Part shown: piece after piece, positions 11,351 through 23,700 of the stretch
Layout of the letters: the number at the start of each line of letters is the position of its first letter
How positions within the stretch are numbered: the stretch's first letter is position 1
Notes under the pieces: model-generated
Told to the model about the DNA's origin: nothing
Seen by the model: the letters and a program-made list of their open reading frames with translations, nothing else
The model's database searches: none
Made by a program: the position numbers and the translations under genes
NCBI GenBank assembly: GCA_030141605.1
Contig: JAQGDQ010001482.1
Location: 1-38,625 of the forward strand
Reading direction: 5' to 3'
DNA length: 38,625 nt
Origin: Tubiluchus corallicola
Lineage: Eukaryota > Animalia > Priapulida

Positions 11351-14300
11351 CTGGGAGAGCGAAACAGTTGCACTTTGCCAGTTACAAAAGTTTTTCGATA
11401 GGTAAATGAAATGGTAAGTAATATAATTTTGTATGGAAAGGTTTTTAGGACATACTCATTTGAAATTCTCCTTTCTTCCTCTTTAAGTTAGAAAATATTC
11501 TTTCTAACATTTTGTCAGAAATTAAAAGATCTGTTTACAGAATGTACATTTAAATTGTTGTTATTGTCATTTTTTTATTTTAAGAGAGAGAGAAAGAGCA
11601 AAGCAGAATTAACAATCAAGCTGGTAGCCAACAAAATGGTAACCAATCATAGTGGCAACATTTAATAACAAACTAAAGAATAATTCCCAATGAGTAATTA
11701 GTCAGAGTATGACTGTGATTCCCATAGTGTTCAAAATAATAGCAGTTTATTTTTGTAACAATACTCCATTGCGGGTAATGAGTCTGAGAAGGACAGCAGA
11801 CGCTGAAAAATTCTTGAGTAGATGGGATTTGAAACCGAGACCTGGGACTTGTACTCTCATGCCCTGCCAGCTGAGCTACCAGTTCAACATAATAGGTCCG
11901 AGAAAATTTACGGTGAACTCACCACTTTGGCTGATCTGGTTGTTCTGATCCACAGTGGTGCTGTTCACTGCAGGTGCACTTCGACAACTCCTTGTTAGAA
12001 ACGAGTCATTTTCGCCGTACAGACACGTGCAGTCATCCTCGGATGTGCTGCCCTCTGGACTGTACGAGTACAACATGCACGGTGTACAGTTATGAATTCC
12101 TGGTTTTTCCTTGGTGAAGTTTGCCGGACATACTGATTCGAGAAAAAATAAACAGAAAAATTATTTTATCGTTGTACAAACAGACATGTACAGACATAGT
12201 CAATCACATGTACTCTGTACAGAGATGTGCAAAATACGTTAAAAATTGTCCCAGCTGTTATGAGTAGTTTTGGCAACCATAGTAAAAGTGACACTAAAAA
12301 GAATGGCACAAATGGAAAAGTAGGCAAACTGTGGCTCAGAAAAATGGCACATATGTTATTTTGGTTTAAACATAATTCATTGGAGGTGTAACATATAGGT
12401 TTGAAACAGACAGTTTTACAACTGATACATGTTCTCCCCTAGTGGGAGCGAACGCTAGACAGATGCAGAACAATGGTGGCCGCAATGTACAAAAAATGTT
12501 GCAATAAATATAAACGTTACTATGTAACAAGAGTAACAAAGTTAACACTATTTAAAGCGCTTAGTGTTTGAAATAAGAGACTGCACTGAAACAAGAATTT
12601 GAGTGTTCACAAAATTATCTAGGGTATGGTTTCCATGCAGGAACAAACAAACGAACAATATAATTATTTTATTTCGATGCAAGTAATTTCTATAATAAAA
12701 CTAGAATGTTCTCAGTAGGAAGCAGATCTCTGCCAAAGCCGAACAATCCTAAACTTGTTTTCTCTGATTCTTGTGCTTAAAAAACGTAAAAGAAAGATAA
12801 ACGAGCTGAAATGAACCTGTATTGGTGTTATATTGACTAACAAAAGATAAAAGCTGACAGAATTTCAATTACAGCAGTTGCATTTAGTGCTTTTAAACCT
12901 TGAGGCTCTTGAATACGCTGTGATTTGACAATTCGTTTTTCTATATTACATGGAGACTGTGCAATAGACAAAGACGTATGATTTGCAAAGCACATTTATA
13001 TAATGTAACCAGGGGTTACCGCTTGAAGTTACAGCGTACTCACTGCCAATTTGATGTTTTAAAAAAGTTTCTGAAACAGAATAATAAGAATCTGGAATCA
13101 ACTCACTGAGTCTGTCGGCGGTGCCCCTTGGTCTGTGCCCAGAGTAGCAATGTTATTTTAATAAACTTTTAAAATATGTCTCTCTTAATAATCACTTATC
13201 TTTTAACAGCCATGTGTAAGCAGCATTGGCTCTTTGTGCTTGATCCGTAATCTTTAACCAGCCACTTTTACCTGAATTCTTCAGTCTTAGCAGGTATAAA
13301 TTACCTAATCATGTGACTGCTACTACTAACCTTTGCAGGTATAATCTCCAATGAACGGATTGGTAGCAGTGTACCCAGGCAAGCAATTGCACCTGGTCAT
13401 TCCTCTCCTACTGTGAGTCGTGCCACCATATGGGCAAGCGGCACACGAACCATTTCCATATTCTGTCTTGTAATAGTCTACCTCACAAGCTGAAACGTTC
13501 AAATGTTTAGCAGTAAATTCACGGTCAAATAGGTGGGCGGAGCTTTACTTTCATTTAAAAGCTTCTACGTTTGGGTGGACGGAGCTTTACTTTCATTTAA
13601 AAGCTTCTACGTTTGGGTGGACGGAGCTTTACTTTCATTTAAAAGCTTCTACGTTTGGGTGGACGGAGCTTTACTTTCATTTAAAAGCTTCTACGTTTGG
13701 GTGGACGGAGCTTTACTTTCATTTATTCGTTGGGTGGACGGAGCTTCTTTCATTTAAAATCGAGTTTCTACTTTTCTAGTTGGGTGGGCGGAGCTTTACT
13801 TTCATTTAAAAGCTTCTACGTTTAGGTGGGCGGAGCTTTACTTTCATTTAAAAGCTTCTACGTTTAGGTGGACGGAGCTTTACTTTCATTTAAAAGCTTC
13901 TACGTTTGGGTGGACGGAGCTTTACTTTCATTTAAAAGCTTCTACGTTTGGGTGGGCGGAGCTTTACTTTCATTTAAAGTTGTCTGCGTTTAGGTGGGCG
14001 GAGAGTTACTTTGATTTCAAGTTTTCTAGGTTTAGGTGGGCGGAGAGTTACTTTGATTTCAAGTTTTCTAGGTTTAGGCGAGCAGAGCTTTATTTTTGTT
14101 TTACAAATTTTCTACGTTCAACTTGACGTTAATTTACTCTTATAAATATGTATATTCAAGTGAAAGGAGCCCTACTTTCATTTTATAAATATTCTACACT
14201 CGAGATGGCAGAGATTTGTCAATACACATTTTACAGCTTTAAGGCTGGTGGGAGTAAGTAGGTGTCGTGTTCTTTATTACTTAATCAAGACACAATATTG

Positions 14301-15104
14301 CTTGCAATTCTTAGTTTTCTGGCTCTACAGTAATTACGCTTGAAGCCTTGCGTGGAAAAACAAACCAATAACCAAGAATCAGGAACACTAACACACAAAC
14401 TTCATTCAGATCAACCCTACAAATCAGATTTAGTCTTACCTGTACACTGGAGAGTTTTGTTTTGGCTTTTCTCAAAACCTGGTAAGCATTCACAGCCGTC
14501 TTTGGTGTTGATGGCGTACGGTGGACAAAGGACGTTTGGACAAAACTCTTCGTCATAGATAACATTGGCATTTTCGATACGAAGCTTCTTTCCTGTGCCG
14601 CTTTCGACGTGTGCATGTTCTTTGCAACCTGCTTGTGACAGAAAATGTGAATCCATAAAAAGTGGTCGGAGATTTTTTAAGAGCAAATATCTCAGCAAAA
14701 TTCGTTATAGTATCGTTAACAGATAAAATCTTGAAGGAAAATGGTCAAATAGAGTAGGGCCTAAATGCAGCAAAAAGTCATTTTTACAATAATACAGTAA
14801 TAAATACAATTATAATTTACAATTAAAACTAAAAAGTTGAATTAGTTAAAAGGTACAGTAACCCCTCTGTCAACAGCAGAGTTGCAGTGTTTTCAGTCAA
14901 TTTCCTTTTTTTACAGTTGTTTAGGAACACCTTAGTTAGTTTATTATCATTATAATAATAATAATGATAATGATGATGATGATGATGACGATGATGGTGA
15001 CGGTGACGGTGACGGTGACGGTAGCGGTAGCGGTAGCAATAGCAATAGCAATAGCAATAGCAATAGCAATAGCAATAGCAATAGCAATAGCAATAGCAAT
15101 AGCA

Positions 15105-15159
<55 letters not shown>

Positions 15160-18100
15160 TAATTTATTAGCCTCAAGTCCATAAAATGTTCTAAGGCTTT
15201 ACTGTCAAGAACAGATAAAAAGTGCGAGCAAAAATACTTCATTATTAGTTGGCTAGCAGGTCTTTTACAATCTAACAAGGTTCTAGTAATTTCTAGCATA
15301 GCTGCCCAGGAGGCAGAAAGTTACGAGTTTTCTTAATATGAAGACAAGATTTTTCATACTAATTGTTATTACTTTTGTGCATTTATACTATTATACTTAG
15401 CAAACATAAATCAGTACATTGTATGCTACAATTATAATAGTAACGTACCACACGGTAAATCTTTCGGTAACTTAAGAGTTCTCAGTGATCTTGCTTTCAA
15501 GTTAGGCGGCGAACTGCATGACGGGAAGACGGTGGGATAATTCATGGAGGGCTGAGACTTCATCCATCTAATAAACCATAAGATTTGACAGTCACAGTGA
15601 TACGGATTGCCATAGAGAGACCTAAAAATACAAATAATGTAGCATTTATGCACATATAAAACATAAACTAGGCTTAAGTTATACAATTGCGCCTACGCAA
15701 AAAGACTTTGAAAAGTTAACTGACTTTTGACTAAAGAAGCATATGTCAACAGTGAATACGTCCATTCTTGACTAGTTATGAAGTGATCATCAAACTTAAG
15801 TTACAGTAACTTTTCATAAGAATTGAGACGATTTCCAAAATAGATCCTATACGACATCGTGACAGTTCGTGAAAAATACTTCTGCTCGGATTCATTGATA
15901 GTAAGTGTAGTCAGTACTGATAAAGAAGCCTTCTGGGCCAAATTTTAAGTGTAACTGCATTCTATACGCCCTGGACAATTAATATAAACAAGCCAAATTA
16001 TAACTAAAGTTACGTCATAACATGATAGTGACGTAAAATGACGTATTATGTCCTACCATTTAACATGGTTTGTGAACATCGCCACGCTTATTGGAGTTTG
16101 TATTTGTAAAAGTATGAGGTTGTATGAATAAATAAATGAATGAATAGAATTCGTGTTAGCAATATAGCAATGTTTGTGTAATGTTAGTGAAATATTTTTG
16201 GAGCACCATGTACAATAACACAAATTAATCAATTACTACACACTTACTGGCAGTGTATAATGCGCATGCGCATGCACTCCGAATTCGTTTACAGGTTTAA
16301 AATATTTAAAAAACGAAATATGCCTCCAAGAATTAGATATATTAGTTGACGAGTACTACTACGATTTCTACGCTTAATGCATCCCAGATTGACAACTCAT
16401 ATTAACTGGCAGTTCAAATAAAGTTTATCACACTAAAATGATATTTGAACAAAATTAGACCTATTTTGATGTGAAAACGGCTTAGGGAATTTTTGCACTC
16501 AATTAGTGTGTTCAGCTTGGCAAACCCCCACGCTTTCAGAGTGATTTCCTCATGCAATAACAACTAGTGTAAATACGAAACTCATTAATCATGTCATTAA
16601 CTCAATTCAAATGAAATAAATCTGCTAAAATTTGCAAGAAGAAGCGATAAAATTTCCTTGGAATATTTTAAAAGCATTGTTAAAGGGAAAGAATAGGCTA
16701 TTTTAAAGCATGTTCCAGAAAATTTCCCACACGAAGTTAAATTACTTGGCAATACGCTTACGAAATACCTGCGTAATTAGATAAGAAAATTCGGCTAGAG
16801 TTTACAATTCCCCACACAGAAATGTTCGCGCCACCTGGTAAAACAACACTGCATCGCCATCCCAGTGTGCAACACTGATTCACCACACAGAAATGTTCGC
16901 GCCACCTGGTAAAACAACACTGCATCGCTATCCCGGTGTGCAACACTGATTCCCCACACAGAAATGTTCGCGCCACCTGGTAAAACAACACTGCATCGCT
17001 ATCCCAGTGTGCAACACTGATTCCCCACACAGAAATGTTCGCGCCACCTGGTAAAACAACACTGCATCGCCATCCCAGTGTGCAACACTGATTCCCCACA
17101 CAGAAATGTTCGCGCCACCTGGTAAAACAACACTGCATCGCCATCCCAGTGTGCAACACTGATTCACCACACAGAAATGTTCGCGCCACCTGGTAAAACA
17201 ACACTGCATCGCCATCCCAGTGTGCAACACTGATTCCCCACACAGAAATGTTCGCGACACCTGGTAAAACAACACTGCATCGCTATCCCAGTGTGCAACA
17301 CTGATTCACCACACAGAAATGTTCGCGCCACCTGGTAAAACAACACTGCATCGCTATCCCAGTGTGCAACACTGATTCACCAAAAATGCGTTATTGATTT
17401 TATTGATAAGTTAAAGTAATTTATACTTTTCTTAACTTAGCAAAGAATGTTCTATGAATGCTCTGATTTTCCCCAACCTTTATCCGAAGTTATCTAAGCT
17501 TATCACAAATGACTTACCCTCAAACTAATTACGCCTAGCGGCCGTCGCCGAAGTGTCAAGTTTTATACAGCGTTACTGCTAATACAAATTCTGTAGGCAA
17601 TTATTCAGTATGCGAACGATATAAAATTTAGCATGTAAGTAATATAAAAATTCACTTTGACGAATTTTTTAGCTTTATTTATGAAGAGTGTTGTCTTGTG
17701 TGTTGTCTTGCGTTGTCTTAATGTTGTCTTGCGCTTTAAGAGCGTGAATTTCTTAAGACTGCTGTAACGGCGAGGACTGCTTCAATGGCAATATTGATGG
17801 TAACGATGTTGACAGTGGCGATGATTGCGGTACTGATAATATTGATGTAGGTGATGATGACAACAAAAATGACGACAAAAACAATGGTCACAATGCTAAC
17901 AATGATGATGTTGATGATAGAGATAATGATAATGATAATTATGGCGACGATGACGATTAACACGATAGTCATGATGATGATGATTACAATGATGATAAAG
18001 AGGAAGAGCAGGACTAGGAGGAACAGGAGGACAATACCATGCATAATTACGACAAAGAAGATGATGACAGCAGTAATGACAACTTTTTATGATGAAGACG

Positions 18101-20743
18101 GTGAAGATATGATAGCGATGACGACAACGATAACGAATATAAACATGATGATGACAATGATCACGGCGATGAAGGTGACTACTACGAGAACTGTGATGAT
18201 GAACTTAATTGGCAACGTTATGATGATGAAGCTAATGGCAACAACAATAGTAGTTGTGACGGTGACGATGATGGCAATGGTGGTGATGATGATGATGTCA
18301 TACATTAGCAGTAGTTATCATGAACGTAGTGTGTAGAATGATTATATGAGTAGAACTAGTACCAATATTATCAATGGATTAATGATGTAAATATTGTCAC
18401 TCGAGTTTCTCAGTAAAAACTGTCAGCAATTTTGACATACAATTCACTGTCGTGCTCCAGCATGTAGAAATTCGACATCATCGCTTCCGGAAGTGACGTC
18501 AAGTTATTGAAAGTCAAATTTAACAGCAGATTCAGCTGGTTTAGACCAATGAAGGCACGCGGATGAATAGAATTGATCAAATTCCTTCTTAGGTCTCTGC
18601 AATAAAAAGAAATAAACGTCAGACAAACAATTAGCGAGCAGAAAAAATAATGAACTGACCGACCAATTGATTTAACAATGAACCAAGTAATTGACCAACA
18701 AAAAAACAAACAAACTAACTGTTTTTTGTTTCCTAGGAAATCGTTTAGCAGGTTTTAGTGCCTCGTTTAATGCTAATCTTACTGGTATTTTTTCTGACAA
18801 TCTCATTTAATGTCCCACCCATCTTACCCTTCTGATTCCGATTTTAGTTCTCCACAGTTCCTTGTCTGAAATGACGTACGATTATTTTATTTTTAGATTT
18901 TTTTCTGTTCCTAAGCGGACAAGCTTGACTGCGTCATAGCAAGAACTATGGTTTCCTCTGACGTCATCTCTGTAAATTGAATGGCTTCTCGCAAAAAGGC
19001 CGGCAAGTGAGTGCCTCCATTGTTTGCTTTATTCTTGCCAAGTAACCGAGTTAAGCCGTCAGTAATAATTTTCACTTCAACTCATAAGTCTTAGTGGCGG
19101 ACGCTTTGCAGTGGAAACACGCATTTATCGTCAGTTTGAGAATGATTTTACCAAATTAAAATAATCATTTTAATTACTTTAAAGCATTTCACTTTATATT
19201 GTGATCATAAATTATCTGCCTACAGCTTTATTTCTACGGTTTATGTTCTTCAAATAAACTAAAAGCGATCGTGGCGGTGCCACGCGTGATAAAAAACGAA
19301 AGTTTGACGGCTGTTTTAATGAGATAATAGATGATAAAAGCCGCCAGCTATTATTTTTATATACCGCTGCTAATCACATTCAACCCTAGCAGAGCAAGTT
19401 TTGAGGTGTTTGGTGCCCCACCTCTAAGCGAAAGTGCTCTAAGCTCTATGATACGAGCTCTATCGTTAATATAATATACTCCAGTGCATGCTAGAATGGC
19501 CCAGGTTCAAAATTGATTGTTCTGGCGGTAGTTGAAAATCTAGATTCTAGTCCCAATGGAACAAATATTTATCCGAAAATCTAATAAATTAGAAATTTAT
19601 CGGCAATATTGCACAGAAACGCCTATTGTAGTTGTTTACATTGTAAGAAAGGCTAAAAAATATTGCTAACAAAAGAATCAGGAAGGTTATAAATGTGAAT
19701 GAGCTCTTTATTTGGTACGTTCTTGCAAGGTAACCAACCACCCTCAGCCAAATACAGCCCTCATCACCAAAACAGAAAGGTTTTATTTCCTTAGGCTGTG
19801 CTTCGTTGGAGATGACTGATGTGTACCAAACGTACCAATTTAATTGCTCTGTCATGTTTATAATATGGTCCCAGATTAGGCTGTTAACACCTAGCAAGAA
19901 TACAGATGTTCTGAATTGCCTAATTTCGGAACTTGTAAACAAATAAAGTTTTTAAACATGATTATTTATTCTATGCTACTTGTCCGTGCTACTTCTCCGT
20001 GAAACTTCGTGCTACTTGTCCGAGTAGTTATTTTCTTTTTAAGGAGTTCTTGCGTTTTCACACGTTTAAAATGATTAGCTTCCCACACTTAACACTACAG
20101 GATAAACTTGGCTTCACCAAAACTAATTATGAATTGGAGCGTTCGAGGGTTGTGGAAGCCAGCTGTCTATTGAAGGGGAATGAATGATGAATGATCAGAA
20201 GTGAATTATTTCAAGCTTCGTGTCTGGGTGTCGTTTGTTTGAACAAAAGACGCTGATTTTCTCAAAGCCTGTAGTTCAGTTGTGACGTGTTTACCGATGA
20301 AGCCAAGTTGTTCATTTAATTCTTGGAAAAATATCGGCGGTGCTATTTGGGAAACTAAGAGGCGTTTGTGGAAACGGGGCCATGGAAAAGAGGTCGTAGG
20401 AAAGGTGATGAGGAGATATAAGAGAATGTATGAAGTGGTAAGAGAGAGAGAGTGAGAGTAAAAGATAGTTCAGTGGGAGAAAAAGTGAGTGAGTGAAAGA
20501 GAGAGAGAGAGAGAGAGAAAAAGATTGAAAACGAGAGGATAAAAGAGAGAGAAATGGGAATAAAAATTACAGAAAAGCTTGAGAAAAGAACATCTAATAA
20601 TACACGAAAACAATTTTAAATAAAAAAAGTTTGAAAAAGTTTTCACTCCACTGGGCCGAACGCAAGTCCTTCAGTTTTCCCAGCAGCTAATCATTACACT
20701 AGAAAAGTACGCTGACTTCAAAAAGAACAAAGAGAAAAGAAAT

Positions 20744-20799
<56 letters not shown>

Positions 20800-23700
20800 G
20801 ATAGAAAGAAAGAGATGGGAGAGTAAGAGAGAGTAGGAGAGTGAGAGAATCATAAAAACAAAAAAGTAAGCAGAGTAAGCAAGAAATGATATAGCGCAGA
20901 GAAAGAGAAAAAAGAAATATAACACAAAGAAAAAGGCCAATGAAATCCTATTGAACATAAACATATACACAAGTAATTATCGCTATGAAGATTTCTCTAT
21001 CGCAATGATGACCCAATCATCATAATTCAGCATGAAATGTCTTCTGTATAATGAACTAGATATTCCAGATGATGCAGAGTATTTCTCCCTAGGGTGCGCA
21101 GTAATTACATTCTCTGAGACAGTGACACTTCAATTATTTTCCAGCGCTGTTGCTCATCTAAAGGCGATTGTGGGCATTGAGAATCTTTAATAATTATTAT
21201 TACTATCTCTACTTTCCGCAATTGCAGAGAGTGAATATTAGGTCACGTCACTTTGTACGCAAGTAAAGTGCAGAGTAGTATCCTCATTGCATAGGTTGAT
21301 ACACAGAGAATGAGATTGAAAGTATGAATATAGGCCTGCTGATTTCCCCACGGTGTTTAGCAAACAACGGCTAAATTTACAAATCATTGAAAAGTAACCC
21401 ACTGATTCTTTTGCAGTTGAAGGAAAAAGGTTTGTAGATGTAATTAAAAGAAGGACAGCACCAAGAATACCTATGAATCTGAAATTCGTTTCGAACTTCA
21501 AAAGGCAAAACTCTTGTAGTTCGAGTAAACAATGGCTGAACAGGTTCGTTGTGAACATGCTTAGCAATATAAGTACGCATAAAGATGACTAAAGAAAATC
21601 AAGGTTATTAAAAAACCATTTGTAAAATCTATATACATAACAATTTTAAAGTTGATTATTCCCTGGCCATATTTCTACATTATAAGCGAGGAAAAGACAC
21701 GATAGTTTTTATGTTTTTCCATGAACATTTCTAATTGTTTTGGTTTGAATCAACAAATGTAGAGCTTGGCACTGAAGTCTCTTATCACATTAGGAAAGAT
21801 ACACAGAATGCGCTTCTTCCAGTTTTATTATTTTACTGCGCTGTTTAGCTGAGTTTCTTTAGTTACACGCCGTTCTTTAGTTTCAAACATTATGAGTTCA
21901 TTATTCAGATAATGAGATCGGAGATATAAACCTGTCTGCACGGAATGAATTTATGTCAAAACCGTTTACGAGCCCTATAGCAAGGAAAATTTGTTTTAAT
22001 ATTTTTTCTCTTTTAATAAAATTTCGACTTCTCAAATCATAGACAAATCACGGGCAATTGAAAATTGCGTATTTTATTTGCTGTTTAAAATATAATTATT
22101 TTATCTTATCGTTTTTGTATCAGTTCTTTACTTTTTACGAACATTCCCATTTTTATCTATATTTAACGTGTTGCTTACATGTATTTTCTCTATGGGATTT
22201 AAGTCTTAATCTTAAACTGGCGTTTAATTCCCTTTTAACAATCTGCTGTCGATGTTCCGTGAGAAAGGTTTCCCTTCTGAAGATAAAGCACACTAGTCTC
22301 GGCAAAGGTATTTTTAAGATTTTATTTAAAAGCATAAAAAATTCAAAAAATATTAGCCCAGATAGGGGACATGACGTTGAAACCCTATAGGGCAAGAATA
22401 AACAAAGGAAACATGAAACTGATACACTTCCAGACAACTGGGATATGGCACTGTTGCCTCTCCTGGGCAAGCATAAACAAGTGGGATATGGCACTGTTGC
22501 CTCTCCTGGGCAAGCATAAACAAGTGGGGTATGGCACTGTTGCCTCTCCTGGGCAAGCATAAACAAGTGGGGTATGGCACTGTTGTCTGTCCTGGGCAAG
22601 CATAAACAAGTAGGATATGGCACTGTTGCCTCTCCTGGGCAAGCATAAACAAGTGGGGTATGGCACTGTTGCCTCTCCTGGGCAACCATAAACAAGTGGG
22701 GTATGGCACTGTTGTCTCTCCTGGGCAAGCATAAACAAGTAGGATATGGCACTGTTGCCTCTCCTGGGCAAGCATAAACAAGTGGGGTATGGCACTGTTG
22801 CCTCTCCTGGGCAAGCATAAACAATTGGGATATGGCACTGTTGCCTCTCCTGGGCAAGCATAAACAATTGGGATATGGCACTGTTGTCTCTCCTGGGCAA
22901 GCATAAACAAGTAGGATATGGCACTGTTGCCTCTCCTGGGCAAGCATAAACAATTGGGATATGGCACTGTTGTCTCTCCTGGGCAAGCATAAACAAGTAG
23001 GATATGGCACTGTTGCCTCTCCTGGGCAAGCATAAACAAGTGGGGTATGGCACTGTTGTCTCTCCTGGGCAAGCATAAACAAGTAGGATATGGCACTGTT
23101 GCCTCTCCTGGGCAACCATAAACAAGTGGGATATGGCACTGTTGCCACTCCTGGGCAAGCATAAACAAGTGGGGTATGGCACTGTTGTCTCTCCTGGGCA
23201 AGCATAAACAAGTGGGATATGGCACTGTTGTCTCTCCTGGGCAAGCATAAACAAGTAGGATATGGCACTGTTGTCTCTCCTGGGCAAGCATAAACAAGTG
23301 GGATATGGCACTGTTGCCACTCCTGGGCAAGCATAAACAAGTGGGGTATGGCACTGTTGTCTGTCCTGGGCAAGCATAAACAAGTAGGATATGGCACTGT
23401 TGTCTCTCCTGGGCAAGCATAAACAAGTAGGATATGGCACTGTTGTCTCTCCTGGGCAAGCATAAACAAGTGGGATATGGCACTGTTGCCTCTCCTGGGC
23501 AAGCATAAACAATTGGGATATGGCACTGTTGCCTCTCCTGGGCAAGCATAAACAAGTGGGATATGGCACGGTTGCCTCTCCTGGGCATGAACAAAGTTGT
23601 AAAAAGACATACGGCAATGACAAGTATTAATTAAAATGCACTTTAGTGAATTCACAATTTTTAATCATTATTAATAGATGAATCAATGATATGTTACGAG

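Noticed and set aside
11805-11885. Possible tRNA gene
   Set aside because: A and B boxes are present but there is no convincing acceptor stem or cloverleaf, and similarity to a second copy extends far beyond the tRNA-like part.
20040-21600. Possible Penelope GIY-YIG remnant (~20090-20190) and LINE 3' remnant (~21400-21580)
   Set aside because: Only faint single-motif resemblance; cannot be supported without a profile search.
22153-23655. Three overlapping 412-500 aa minus-strand ORFs
   Set aside because: A 43-bp unit cycles through all frames, giving the same peptide in each; the array lies in an intron of the LRR gene.
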